A stretch of 64,000 nucleotides of DNA from an uncultured Eubacteriales bacterium (GCA_949031345.1 CARNVA010000008.1:7661-71660), one strand, 5' to 3'; counted from the first letter of the stretch, positions 9,631 through 18,552 are shown. A program made the numbers and translations. The notes: generated by a model not told the origin, from the sequence alone.

Positions 9631-9678
9631 TGCCTTACAAGCAGAGGGTCATAGGTTCGAGCCCTATAACTCCCACCA
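9631..9678 (+). other. 3' half of a tRNA-Val(UAC)-like gene (anticodon loop to CCA), putative attR
   Basis: The fragment reads tgc-CTTACAA-GCAGA-GGGTC-ATAGG-TTCGAGC-CCTAT-AACTCCC-A-CCA. No matching 5' acceptor strand (GGGAGTT), D-arm or 5' anticodon stem lies upstream. A native-looking terminator follows. Confidence 0.6.
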
Positions 9679-9685
9679 AAACAGA

Positions 9686-9719
9686 ATACGCACACTTTAA
9701 ATTGGTGTGCGTATTTTTT
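9686..9719 (+). terminator. rho-independent terminator after the tRNA fragment
   Basis: A 10-bp stem (ATACGCACAC / GTGTGCGTAT) followed by T5. Confidence 0.8.
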
Positions 9720-9980
9720 ATAACTCCAGCAGTATATGCTTTGTTGGAACACTGAAGCAAATATTTTGGCTGCTATTAAATCGCTCACCATAAAAAGTCT
9801 GACGCGAGTTTTCGGTATAGACTTTTTTCAAAAATTAGCTAAAATACTTTTTTCATTTTAAAGTATTGAAAACTTAATTAGAAAAGCAATAATCAAAAAT
9901 GCAAAAAACATAGACGATTTAGTCTATGTTTTTATTTATTCCGCTCTTTTATAAATTAAGTGAATAAGTTGTCTTTTTTT

Positions 9981-10604
9981 CTATCTTGAAGAGAAAGGCT
10001 CTTCTTCATAAATAATAGATGCCTCATTTATTGCCTTTTCACTTGGAAATCTCAATTCTGGCATGACATTATCTATAGTTTTATTTGCCTGCGTATATTC
10101 CATTTGCTCATTATCTAAAATCTTTTCAACTGGCACTCTAAAAAAGTTTTGCTCTTCATTTTCAAACTCACTGCCTTCAATTGTGTATGAAAGCACCTTT
10201 TCAAAACCCAAACTGCTGTATAATTTCATTGCCTTTTCATTACTTGTAAACGCTTCAAGTGAAACAGTGCTATGCCCAATTGAATGGTGAAGGGCATATT
10301 CAATAATAGCCTTTCCTATCCCCTGCATTCTATGTCCTTTTTCTACCGCCAATATTGCTATATACAAACTGTTTGGAACATAAGCATCAGTAAGCTGAGC
10401 AAACCCGACAACTTTGTCATCCTTAATTGCGCAAATAATATAAATGTTTTTTCGATAATCTCTTGCCAATTTGTTGATATCTTTGATTATACACCTATCA
10501 TTAAATATTCCTCCATGAGCCTTGTCATTCTGATGATAAATTTCTTCAATATCACCCGAATAAACACTCTCTCCACGCACCACTTCAAACTTTAAATCTT
10601 TCAT
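9981..10604 (-). CDS. GNAT-family N-acetyltransferase
   Basis: Acetyl-CoA motif A is ILAVEKGHRMQGIGKAIIEYAL. 207 aa. Confidence 0.8.
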   Translation of the reverse strand: MKDLKFEVVRGESVYSGDIEEIYHQNDKAHGGIFNDRCIIKDINKLARDYRKNIYIICAIKDDKVVGFAQLTDAYVPNSLYIAILAVEKGHRMQGIGKAIIEYALHHSIGHSTVSLEAFTSNEKAMKLYSSLGFEKVLSYTIEGSEFENEEQNFFRVPVEKILDNEQMEYTQANKTIDNVMPELRFPSEKAINEASIIYEEEPFSSR

Positions 10605-10829
10605 ATTACACCTGTTTATTTTGTAATTATTCTATCATATTCTCAGCAAAATGTCAATAATGAGTATTTCTTTTTATTTATGCATAATTTAAGATAATTG
10701 CGCGAAATTTAGCAAAAAACGCAGAAAAAACACTAAAAAACCATGAATTTGTCACAATTTAGCAAATTCATGGCCTTATTTATTGATGAAATGTAAAAGA
10801 TAAATTTGGTTTTAAATTATTATTTTTTA

Positions 10830-11963
10830 TTATAAACCAACAGGAATTTTATTTTCAATTAAAATCAGTGGAACAAATACTTCTTCCGTCAGTGAACAAT
10901 GATGTCCTTTAAATCTGTGCGATTTTTCATAAATTACAAATTGCTTATAACCTTTGCAGATAGCAATAAAATCACCAAGATATTTAACATTCTCATCCTT
11001 GACGCTTCCGCCAAAATAGCCCTGATTTACCAGCTCTTCTGAGGTATAAAGCTCAAAATCTTCGCTATATTTTTCTTTAAACAGCCTTTCAAATTCTTGC
11101 TTTTTGCCCTCTTTTACTTTAAACGCAGTTGCTCGCGACTCAAGATATGGAGGAGTTTGCAACAATGAATAAAGTTGCTCATCCTTATACAATTCGACAT
11201 AACCATCAACATCAATCTGACCATGGTCAGCAGTGATGACAAATATCGTGTCATTGCACTTAGAGCATAACTCTTTCATCTTGTCATTTATATGATTTAT
11301 CAGTCTAAATGCCTGCTCAGAAGAAACGCCATAGTCGTGCATAGTCGCATCAGGCTCTGGGCAATACATATACACAAATTGCTTGCCATCTTTTTTGCAA
11401 ACTTTTTCAAGCGCTTCAAAATAGTCATTCAATTCAAGACAATCAATTCGATTTTCTGTGCAACCATCCTTCCAATAAGGAGGCACCACGCGATTTATTT
11501 CATAATCGGTCTTGGCAGAAAGATAATAAGGTTTCAACTTAAGCGTTTTATCCACAAAATCAGGGTCTATAGCCTCGCCTGTCTTTGAATCTTTTGAAAG
11601 ATAGATATCTACATTTCGCCCAAGCTCTTCAAAATACATTGCCCACCCAAATCTTCCGTGTTGCATTGGATAGCTGTTTGTATGAATGGTTGTGGTCGCA
11701 TTTGTCGTGGTGGCAGGAAATACAGAAGTGAGCGTCTGCTTGACACACCTTCTTAAAATTGCCTCCTCTCTCAAATTGACATTTATTGGGTTTATGCCAA
11801 GTCCGTCAAAGATGATAAACACAACATTTTTAAAGCCATGCTCAAGCTCTCTTTTTAAAACAGGCAAAGTTGGATTATGATTTTCACATCCAAGAAACTC
11901 CGCCAAAGTCGCTGATACATTTAAGATATTATTATTGAAATCAGGTTTAGTCAAACTAGCCAT
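10830..11963 (-). CDS. alkaline-phosphatase-superfamily phosphodiesterase / nucleotide pyrophosphatase-like protein
   Basis: Motifs seen are IIFDGLG (metal Asp), FPATTTNATTT (nucleophile Thr region), ITADHGQ and GHHCS. Confidence 0.7.
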   Translation of the reverse strand: MASLTKPDFNNNILNVSATLAEFLGCENHNPTLPVLKRELEHGFKNVVFIIFDGLGINPINVNLREEAILRRCVKQTLTSVFPATTTNATTTIHTNSYPMQHGRFGWAMYFEELGRNVDIYLSKDSKTGEAIDPDFVDKTLKLKPYYLSAKTDYEINRVVPPYWKDGCTENRIDCLELNDYFEALEKVCKKDGKQFVYMYCPEPDATMHDYGVSSEQAFRLINHINDKMKELCSKCNDTIFVITADHGQIDVDGYVELYKDEQLYSLLQTPPYLESRATAFKVKEGKKQEFERLFKEKYSEDFELYTSEELVNQGYFGGSVKDENVKYLGDFIAICKGYKQFVIYEKSHRFKGHHCSLTEEVFVPLILIENKIPVGL

Positions 11964-12108
11964 TTTATCGCCTCCTATCCATTTATTATTATTCTATCTT
12001 ATTTCCCCTTAAAAATCAAACATATTTAAAGTAATAAAATATTGTGAAAAAATCAATTAAGCAAATTATAAAATTAACTAATCATGCAACAAAAAAAATA
12101 TAAATCAA

Positions 12109-12193
12109 AATAGTATTCCAAAATCGTTCTCTATAATAAAATGTAATTCAGAATAGTATTATAAAATCGTACTGCTATAATAAATAAAATTCA
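12109..12193. repeat. tandem duplication of a 43-bp unit upstream of the phosphodiesterase-like gene
   Basis: The units are AATAGTATTCCAAAATCGTTCTCTATAATAAAATGTAATTCA and AATAGTATTATAAAATCGTACTGCTATAATAAATAAAATTCA, about 80% identical. One copy carries TATAAT on the minus strand. Confidence 0.7.
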
Positions 12194-12251
12194 TCATAAA
12201 AAAGCATAATTATAATAAAAAAAGCAAGTCATATTTTGACCTGCTTTAGCT

Positions 12252-13061
12252 TTAATTTTCTACTGAGTTATCCTTATTTTGAATTTCATTATTGTCGTTT
12301 TCTTCTGCTATTTTCTCATCTTCAGCCTTCAATTCGATATCTGTTTCTTTCAATTCCTCGTTTTCATTATTTTCATCATTTTCATTATTTTCAATCAAAT
12401 CATCTGATTTTTTGACAGAATTATCGTTTTTTGCATGTTTTTTCGCTTTTTTATCGTCTTTTTTCGCTTTTTTGTCTAAATTATCCTTATTTTTCTTTTG
12501 CGGATGAAACAGACTTAAAAACTTTCCAAGAAGGATTATGACCTTTTCTGAGTGCAGCATTGCATACTTTTTAAAATATGCCTTACCAAAAATTGTAAGC
12601 GCCGCAATAACTGCTGAAACAAGTGATGCAATGAAGACCATAAGAAAATTGTTTGATACATGAAGTATAACTGCTGCCGTGATTGTCGCACCAGCTGCAC
12701 CTGACAAAATTCCACAAATGTCACCAATAACATCGGCTGCAACACTTGCAACTTTTTCTTTGTTTTCAAGAAGTCTGATTGACTCTTTTGCCCCCCTTAC
12801 CTTTCTTGCCGCCATAGCTCTAAAAGGCTCAAAATTCGCAGCAGTAATTGCAACACCAATCATATCTGCAAAGATTGAAATCAAAATAAACACCAAAATG
12901 ACAACCACACTGACAGCTATGCCTGCACCTGAAAGTGCAATCTCACTCGCAATACCGAAAGCAAGCGATAAGAAGAAAGATAGTGCCAAAACAATAAGCG
13001 GCCATTTCCACCACACTGCAAACTTCGACGGTTTGGGTTTTCGTTCTTTTTTAATTTTCAT
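12252..13061 (-). CDS. four-TM membrane protein with paired ADMIGV / ADVIGD motifs and a K/D/E/N-rich tail (OapA-like or DUF21-like)
   Basis: Four hydrophobic helices. An inter-helix segment (FEPFRAMAARKVRGAKESIRLLENKEKV) resembles the DUF21/CNNM-type loop. A DxxxD motif (DVIGD) is present. The C-terminal roughly 75 aa are low complexity. Confidence 0.75.
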   Translation of the reverse strand: MKIKKERKPKPSKFAVWWKWPLIVLALSFFLSLAFGIASEIALSGAGIAVSVVVILVFILISIFADMIGVAITAANFEPFRAMAARKVRGAKESIRLLENKEKVASVAADVIGDICGILSGAAGATITAAVILHVSNNFLMVFIASLVSAVIAALTIFGKAYFKKYAMLHSEKVIILLGKFLSLFHPQKKNKDNLDKKAKKDDKKAKKHAKNDNSVKKSDDLIENNENDENNENEELKETDIELKAEDEKIAEENDNNEIQNKDNSVEN

Positions 13062-13398
13062 TTTTTTATTACCTCTTTTAATTTATCCTCTTTTAATGAA
13101 AGGTATTATATCATATTTTTATGTTTTTTGCAAATAATTTTATTTTTTATCTAAAATCTATAATTCACATAATATTTTACATATATCTTGTATCCTTTAT
13201 AAATAGCTAAACTTTCTATATAAAAAGCATGGTGCTCTTCCTGCATAAAATATTATGACAAAATTACTATATGAAATAATAAAGCAGCTATACCCACACT
13301 TTATATAAATATAATTGTGCTTACTGAATAAATATGACAGCATTGTCAATATAAATATAACTGCATTTTTTATCAAGATATAATTACATTTTCTGCAT

Positions 13399-13429
13399 AA
13401 AAAAAGTATAACAGCAAATGCTGTTATAC
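13399..13429 (-). terminator. rho-independent terminator of the large ncRNA
   Basis: A 10-bp stem (GTATAACAGC / GCTGTTATAC) with a 4-nt loop, followed by U7 on the minus strand. Confidence 0.85.
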
Positions 13430-13991
13430 TTAGAAGGCAGCTGGTTAAGTAAACCTTGCGCCATAGGTTCGGTCGGATTTCCCATTCTCGCACTCAAGCG
13501 TCACCGCTTCGAGCAGTTTCCTATTAAGCAAGACATTACACCGAATCGCCACTTAGGTCGCACTATAATCCCTATCCAGCCAGCACTTAGCAACAGTCTA
13601 GAAGTTTTCCTTGACAGAAAACAATTTTATTAGCCTATTTTGCAAATGCCATTTCATAAGCAGCAGTTTTCAAATTATTGGCCGATAATATGAAAACGCT
13701 TTTGCTTAATCCCAAGCCATTCACTCAAGGCAGGCTACGCTGCACACAACTTTTATCGCAATGCAGGTTCTTCCTCAATAGTAGAAGAGTTGACTTCCAC
13801 CCATTAAGGTCTCCACGAAAATTGGGTCGTGGACTGTATGCCATTACAATTCGCCCAAAATTCTTAACTCCCAGCACCAGCCCCAGTTTGGGCAACCAAA
13901 GCCAGCACCAGAAACTTCACAGATATGCCCGTCGACGCTATTACTTCGCCTTCCTAAAAAAGCCTTCTGACTAGAATACTGCACCTTCTAT
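13399..13991 (-). ncRNA. large (about 590 nt) structured non-coding RNA, class unresolved (OLE-like candidate)
   Basis: G+C-enriched block with no credible ORF. It has a consensus sigma-70 promoter upstream and a perfect terminator downstream on the minus strand. 5' AGAAGGC (13962-13968) can pair with 3' GCCTTCT (13432-13438). Several local hairpins are visible, such as CCACGA/TCGTGG and GTTTTC/GAAAAC. Confidence 0.65.
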
Positions 13992-13997
13992 TATTAG

Positions 13998-14026
13998 ATT
14001 ATATCATAAATGCAATAAAAATGCAA
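13998..14026 (-). promoter_or_regulatory. sigma-70-type promoter of the large ncRNA
   Basis: Minus strand reads TTGCAT (14026-14021), a 17-nt spacer, then TATAAT (14003-13998). Confidence 0.7.
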
Positions 14027-14228
14027 CTATTTTTTAATTTCGCTGCTTTTTGTAAAATAATTAAATAAATTAAAAAATTTTGATTTTTGTAGAAATTTAT
14101 AAAAAAGTGCAAAAAAAGTCTTTTTTTATTGTTTTTTTGACAAAAAATGATGTAATTATTTAAAATTGTGATATTTGACATCTTTTTGTTTTATTGTAAA
14201 AGTTTTTAAAAATTAAGTAAACATAATT

Positions 14229-14263
14229 AAAAAAAGCGTTGAAATAAGATGTATTCCAACGCT
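14229..14263 (-). terminator. terminator downstream of the interrupted AAA+ gene
   Basis: A 7-bp stem (AGCGTTG / CAACGCT) flanked by A and T runs. Confidence 0.65.
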
Positions 14264-14270
14264 TTTAAAA

Positions 14271-16415
14271 TTATAAATTCTTATCGTTATCGTTAAAATA
14301 TGATTGAAACATTTTCGCAATCGTATCTTTCGAATAACCAAATTTCTTTTCTCTGTCTTTTTCAAGTTTTCTTTCTTCTTCTAAAAAGGTCGTGGTATTT
14401 TTAAATCTTTCCATCATCTGAGAAGCCTTGTCATCATAATTTTTCTTTTCCTCTTCATCAATCTGATTGATTAAGATAGCACGCTCATCATCATTTTCTA
14501 TCCATAAGCTGTCAAATACTTCTAGGTTTTCTCTTCCTAAATGCACCTTTACAAATTCGCGTACCTTCTTTACTCCCTTCTCGTCCACGCACTTAAAGCT
14601 GCATGTAAGAGCATATTTCTCGGTCTGTTTGCTTGGCAGCGCTTTCAAATCCACTTGGTCTGACAATATATCTTCTATTGTTATTCGTGGTAGTGATGCA
14701 AATTTGATAAGGGCTATCGCGTTTGACTCGCCTATCTTATCTGCCAGCATCTTTATTCGAAGCTCTCCTTTATTTGCATATATGATATTCGAAACCTGTT
14801 CCCAGCCGCGTGGGTCGATTGCAAATTTTGGTGGGTTTTCTGTGTCATACTTTGTATAGAACGCATTCTTATCATTTGCTGCTACAAAGGCTGCTACTAG
14901 TGGGTGTATCTTAGTTTTACCGTCTGGTCTTTTCTCGCTTCCCCACTCCAAGAAGTCTTTTATATCTGGTTTAAGCTCGATATGTGCTTCAAAGCGGCGG
15001 AATAGTGGCTCTGGCATATTGTAGGCAGCTTCGCTCTCTTCTGGGCTATTTCCTGCTGCAATCACCACACAATTGTCTGGCAGTTTGCCTATATTTCCGT
15101 CTATCGACCTTGACAATACCAGGTGAAACACCAGTGACTGCTCGTTTGGTCTGACATTTGTAAGCTCATCTATGAATAACACATGATTGTGCTCTGGGTC
15201 TTTTTGGCAGACCTCTTTTATTCTTGTATACCAAGTTGGCTCTATCCAAAATGATTGTCTACCTTCTGTGCCCGTCTTTCCTGTTATCTCTTCTGGCAGC
15301 ATTCCATTTCTTAGTTGCAAGCATACGCAGTCTGGGTCAAGCTCTTGCACTCTCCTTGTCTTTCCTACTCCGCTTGGCCCATGCAGCATGAAGCTTATAC
15401 CTTCATCTATGTAAAACCTCATCTGCTCTTTTACTGACAGTGGCGTGTTGTTGATGCTTACGCCATAAGGGTTTGGGCGAGGCTTTGTTTCTTGCTTTTC
15501 CTCTTCTTCATCATCTTCATCTGAATAGTTAAGCTCTGCGTTCATGTCTGCCTCTTCCAAAAATCCACAACCTTTAGAATTATAAAGACGAGTTGGGGCA
15601 TCAGCCTCATTTCCATTACCCTTATTAAGTTCTTCCTCTAAATCATAGCCATTAAGATAAATACGAGGCAATGAATTTTGCCATTGCACTTCATTGTTGC
15701 GATGATAAAAAGGAACGCCTGATAAAATTCCCTTTTTGCTTCTTACTAACATCGTTTCATTTTCATCTTTTTCTATTAAAAACTCAATAGGCTCTACCTT
15801 AAACCAGTAATGTTCACCTTTATTAAAGTCGATATCACCCTCAAACGTCACCTTGCCTTTACATGTGCTTGATTTGTCCGCTCTGACCCTTACATATTTG
15901 TTGCCTTTGTATTCATACTCAAAGTTGTCTTGCAAAACGCTATCAAGTCCAGCTATATATCTTCCGCTGTAAACCCTGCCTGTAGCATTCAGCTTTCCAT
16001 CTTGATAAGCATCTTCGATTTCAGCCGAGTTTAATGCGTAAGACTGCGGGAAAACAAAATCATCAAAGGAAATGGTCTAATAATTGCCATAATTTATCAC
16101 ATTGTGATTTTTTGGAAGCTTCTTTTTGTCAAGCAACATGCTTGGAAAAATAGCATTTCTTTTGCAGGTAGATTCACAACAATATTCATTTCCTTCACTG
16201 AAACATAAGGCATCGTCATATTTTATATTTCTGATTGCAGCGTCGCATTCATTGCTGGCATTGATATCTGCACCGCAGGCGATTGCATAGTCGGTTGGCT
16301 TAAGCGGCATGAATGAATATTTCTCAAAATATTGAAAAGTATCAAAAAAAACAAGGTCTTTTGTACCACATTCAAGTTCCATCGGAATAATACAATTTTT
16401 AAAAAGTTGTGCCAT
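14271..16415 (-). pseudogene. DUF6273-like / MoxR-type AAA+ fusion, paralogue 1, interrupted by one in-frame TAG (16077-16079)
   Basis: ORFs 16077..16415 and 14271..15935 share a frame and are separated only by a TAG. The 47 codons between them have no stop. They read TISFDDFVFPQS..., homologous to paralogue 3 (TISFSKLTFPQR). The reconstructed length of about 714 aa matches the paralogues (714 and 692 aa). Confidence 0.7.
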
Positions 16416-16612
16416 TTAAACCTTCTTTCAATAAAATCTTACCTTCTTATTTTAGCACAATATCAACAGCTTTTCAATATTAAAAATAAATTTATTTAAA
16501 ACAACTTTAAAAAAAGACTTCCCTAAAACACGGAAAATCTTTTAATTTTTCTGTTTTTATTTAAAATTTCAGCTTTTTTCGCATTTTTTTTGCAAAATTA
16601 CTAAAATTTTTG

Positions 16613-17968
16613 TTAATTATCTCTATCAAACATGATTTTATAAATGATTTTAGAGTTTTCGTCAACTTTGACTTTTTCTGAAATTTCAATTCCGCCAACA
16701 ACAAAAATTTCATTTTCATTTGCAAGCACAGGCAGAAAATCTCTTATTCTTGCTGGCACCTTTTTATCAATCAAAAAGCTCTTCAGTTTTTTGCTTCCAC
16801 CACCAAATTTAGTATAGACATCCCCCTCTTTTCTCGTTCTCCACTTGGCACCTTTGGGAAGTTTGTCACCGTCTATGAAAAAAATATTTTCGCTTTTTAG
16901 TGAATCCACCAACTCTCCTTTATCTTTCACTTTCTTTATTGTGATTGTGCCAAAATTTTCAACATTGACTTTGCCGCATTTAAAGGTTGCTTCAAAGTTT
17001 GACTTTTCTTTTTGATTATTGTGAAATACAATATAGTCATATTCTTTGACCGCTTTGACATTAAATGGCAGGCTGAGCTTGCTTCCATTTTCGCCATTTT
17101 TAGCAAGGTCGATTATAAGAGAAATATGTTTTCTTTCAATATCTTTGTTTACACCAATACTCTTTAATGCTTTAAAAATTATACGCGATACAACTGCATT
17201 ATGAAAGACGAAATAACTCGTCGGCACTTTAACCAGTTTTTCTGCATGCAAAATTGCATCTTCATAAACCTGCGAATTTATATAATCGTCATCTTCACTT
17301 GCAGACCTGCCAAAATTGACAATTGCATCAACTGCATTTGGCCAGCGTGAGCAAATTTCCTTTAAAACGACATTTCGCACAAAGTTTCTATTGTAAGCAA
17401 TATCTTCATTGGTGTAATCATTGACATATTCAAGTTTGTTTCGTTTTAAATATACAAGAATATCCTCTTTAGAGCAATCAAGCAGCGGTCTGATAAAAAT
17501 TTTTTCACTTGTCGGCTCCATGCCCTTAGCCCCGCTCACGCCCGATCCTCTGAAAATATGCATGAGAATTGTCTCTGCCTGGTCATTTTTATGATGGGCA
17601 AGAGCCACTTTGTTTATTATTCCCTTTTTTACAAGTGACCTGAAAACCTCATAGCGAGCCTCCCTGGCCGCAGTCTCCAAGCTCTGTCCTCGCGTTTTAG
17701 CAAGTGCCGGCACATCTATTTTGAATTTGCAAAATCTTACCCCAAGCTCTTTTGCCAATTTTTCCACAAACTTGCAGTCTTGCCCGCTGTTTTCTCTTAT
17801 TTGGTGGTCAACATGAATGGCAACCAGATCAATTTTCAACGCGTCTTTATTCGTCGCCAGATAATGCAAAAGTGCAACAGAGTCACTGCCGCCGCTGACG
17901 CCCACACCAAGCTTATCACCACTTTTTAAAAGCTGATTATTTTGAATAAATTGTCCGCATAAATTCAT
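16613..17968 (-). CDS. tilS: tRNA(Ile)-lysidine synthase
   Basis: PP-loop motif GVGVSGGSDSVALL and a length of about 451 aa. ATG 17968 lies behind GAGGTG. The track start at 17986 is a TTG extension. Confidence 0.85.
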   Translation of the reverse strand: MNLCGQFIQNNQLLKSGDKLGVGVSGGSDSVALLHYLATNKDALKIDLVAIHVDHQIRENSGQDCKFVEKLAKELGVRFCKFKIDVPALAKTRGQSLETAAREARYEVFRSLVKKGIINKVALAHHKNDQAETILMHIFRGSGVSGAKGMEPTSEKIFIRPLLDCSKEDILVYLKRNKLEYVNDYTNEDIAYNRNFVRNVVLKEICSRWPNAVDAIVNFGRSASEDDDYINSQVYEDAILHAEKLVKVPTSYFVFHNAVVSRIIFKALKSIGVNKDIERKHISLIIDLAKNGENGSKLSLPFNVKAVKEYDYIVFHNNQKEKSNFEATFKCGKVNVENFGTITIKKVKDKGELVDSLKSENIFFIDGDKLPKGAKWRTRKEGDVYTKFGGGSKKLKSFLIDKKVPARIRDFLPVLANENEIFVVGGIEISEKVKVDENSKIIYKIMFDRDN

Positions 17969-18150
17969 GCATACACCTCTTATCAATAAAGATTTTTACA
18001 GTTTAGTATAACTTATTTTTCTTCTCAAACCAACATTTATCAACCTTTTTTCACATAAATTGCTGAAAAAAGTGTCAAAATTTGACAAAAAAGTCAGAAT
18101 TTTTCATCATTTTCAAAAAAATGATAAAAAAAAGAGCCTTCATAAGCCCC

Positions 18151-18318
18151 TTAATCTTCATCTGTTCCAAAAAGATATTTTGCATTTAAAACGCTGTGGC
18201 TGAAAAGCTTTAAACTTTCAAGAACGCGTATGCAATCATACTCTTTCTTTTTAAGTATAAGACTTATTGCCTCATCTATATATTTATTGATTATATCATA
18301 TTCGGTTTCTCTTGCCAT
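18151..18318 (-). CDS. small hypothetical protein (55 aa)
   Basis: AGGAG RBS 8 nt before ATG 18318. No motif recognised. Confidence 0.4.
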   Translation of the reverse strand: MARETEYDIINKYIDEAISLILKKKEYDCIRVLESLKLFSHSVLNAKYLFGTDED

Positions 18319-18552
18319 ATTTTTACTCCTGTTCACACTTTACTTATTTATGATTATCAACCTGTTTATTGTTTTTAAACTAAATTTAACAAAAATTTCG
18401 TCCACCAAATCAGTCTATGAAGATTTCTATTTTTCAGACACAATTTTTGCCATAAAAAACTTTAGTGCATATATTTTTATTTTTGCTCAGAAAAATCTAA
18501 GCAAAATTGCAGCATAAATTTTTCATTATTTTAAAGCTTTTACAACCTTTGT

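Larger units (their letters stand above)
1..9678 (+). mobile_element. Right-hand portion of an integrated filamentous-phage-like (inovirus-like) element; left end lies outside the window
   Basis: All ORFs 23..9008 are co-oriented and packed or overlapping. A Zot/pI-like P-loop ATPase (5669..6589) is preceded by tiny hydrophobic peptides and large membrane-anchored proteins. There is a hairpin-rich intergenic region (7005..7200). The element ends at a tRNA 3' half (9631..9678). No Rep or integrase is visible in the window. Confidence 0.5.

Noticed and set aside
9590-9678. A complete tRNA gene at the end of the phage-like element.
   Set aside because: Only the anticodon loop to CCA portion is present. 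No sequence within 100 nt upstream can pair with the acceptor 3' strand or form a D-arm.
13197-13974. Track ORFs 13197..13493 (-), 13418..13633 (+) and 13678..13974 (+).
   Set aside because: Their translations are R/L/P/S/C-rich with no RBS or motif. The region has the promoter, terminator and composition of an RNA gene, so they are treated as non-coding.
13399-13991. The possibility that the large RNA is RNase P RNA, tmRNA, SRP RNA or 6S RNA.
   Set aside because: I could not find the universally conserved RNase P strings (GAGGAAAGUCC; ACAGAA..GGCUUA). I also found no tRNA-like T-arm/acceptor end or tag ORF for tmRNA, and no SRP domain IV motif. About 590 nt is also too long for SRP or 6S. 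This was motif reading by eye, so it remains to be confirmed with covariance models.
16077-16079. The in-frame TAG as evidence for amber reassignment or pyrrolysine.
   Set aside because: TAG terminates at least five well-supported neighbouring genes (ends at 9008, 19888, 22101, 22430 and 25408). No pyl genes or methylamine methyltransferases are present in the window.
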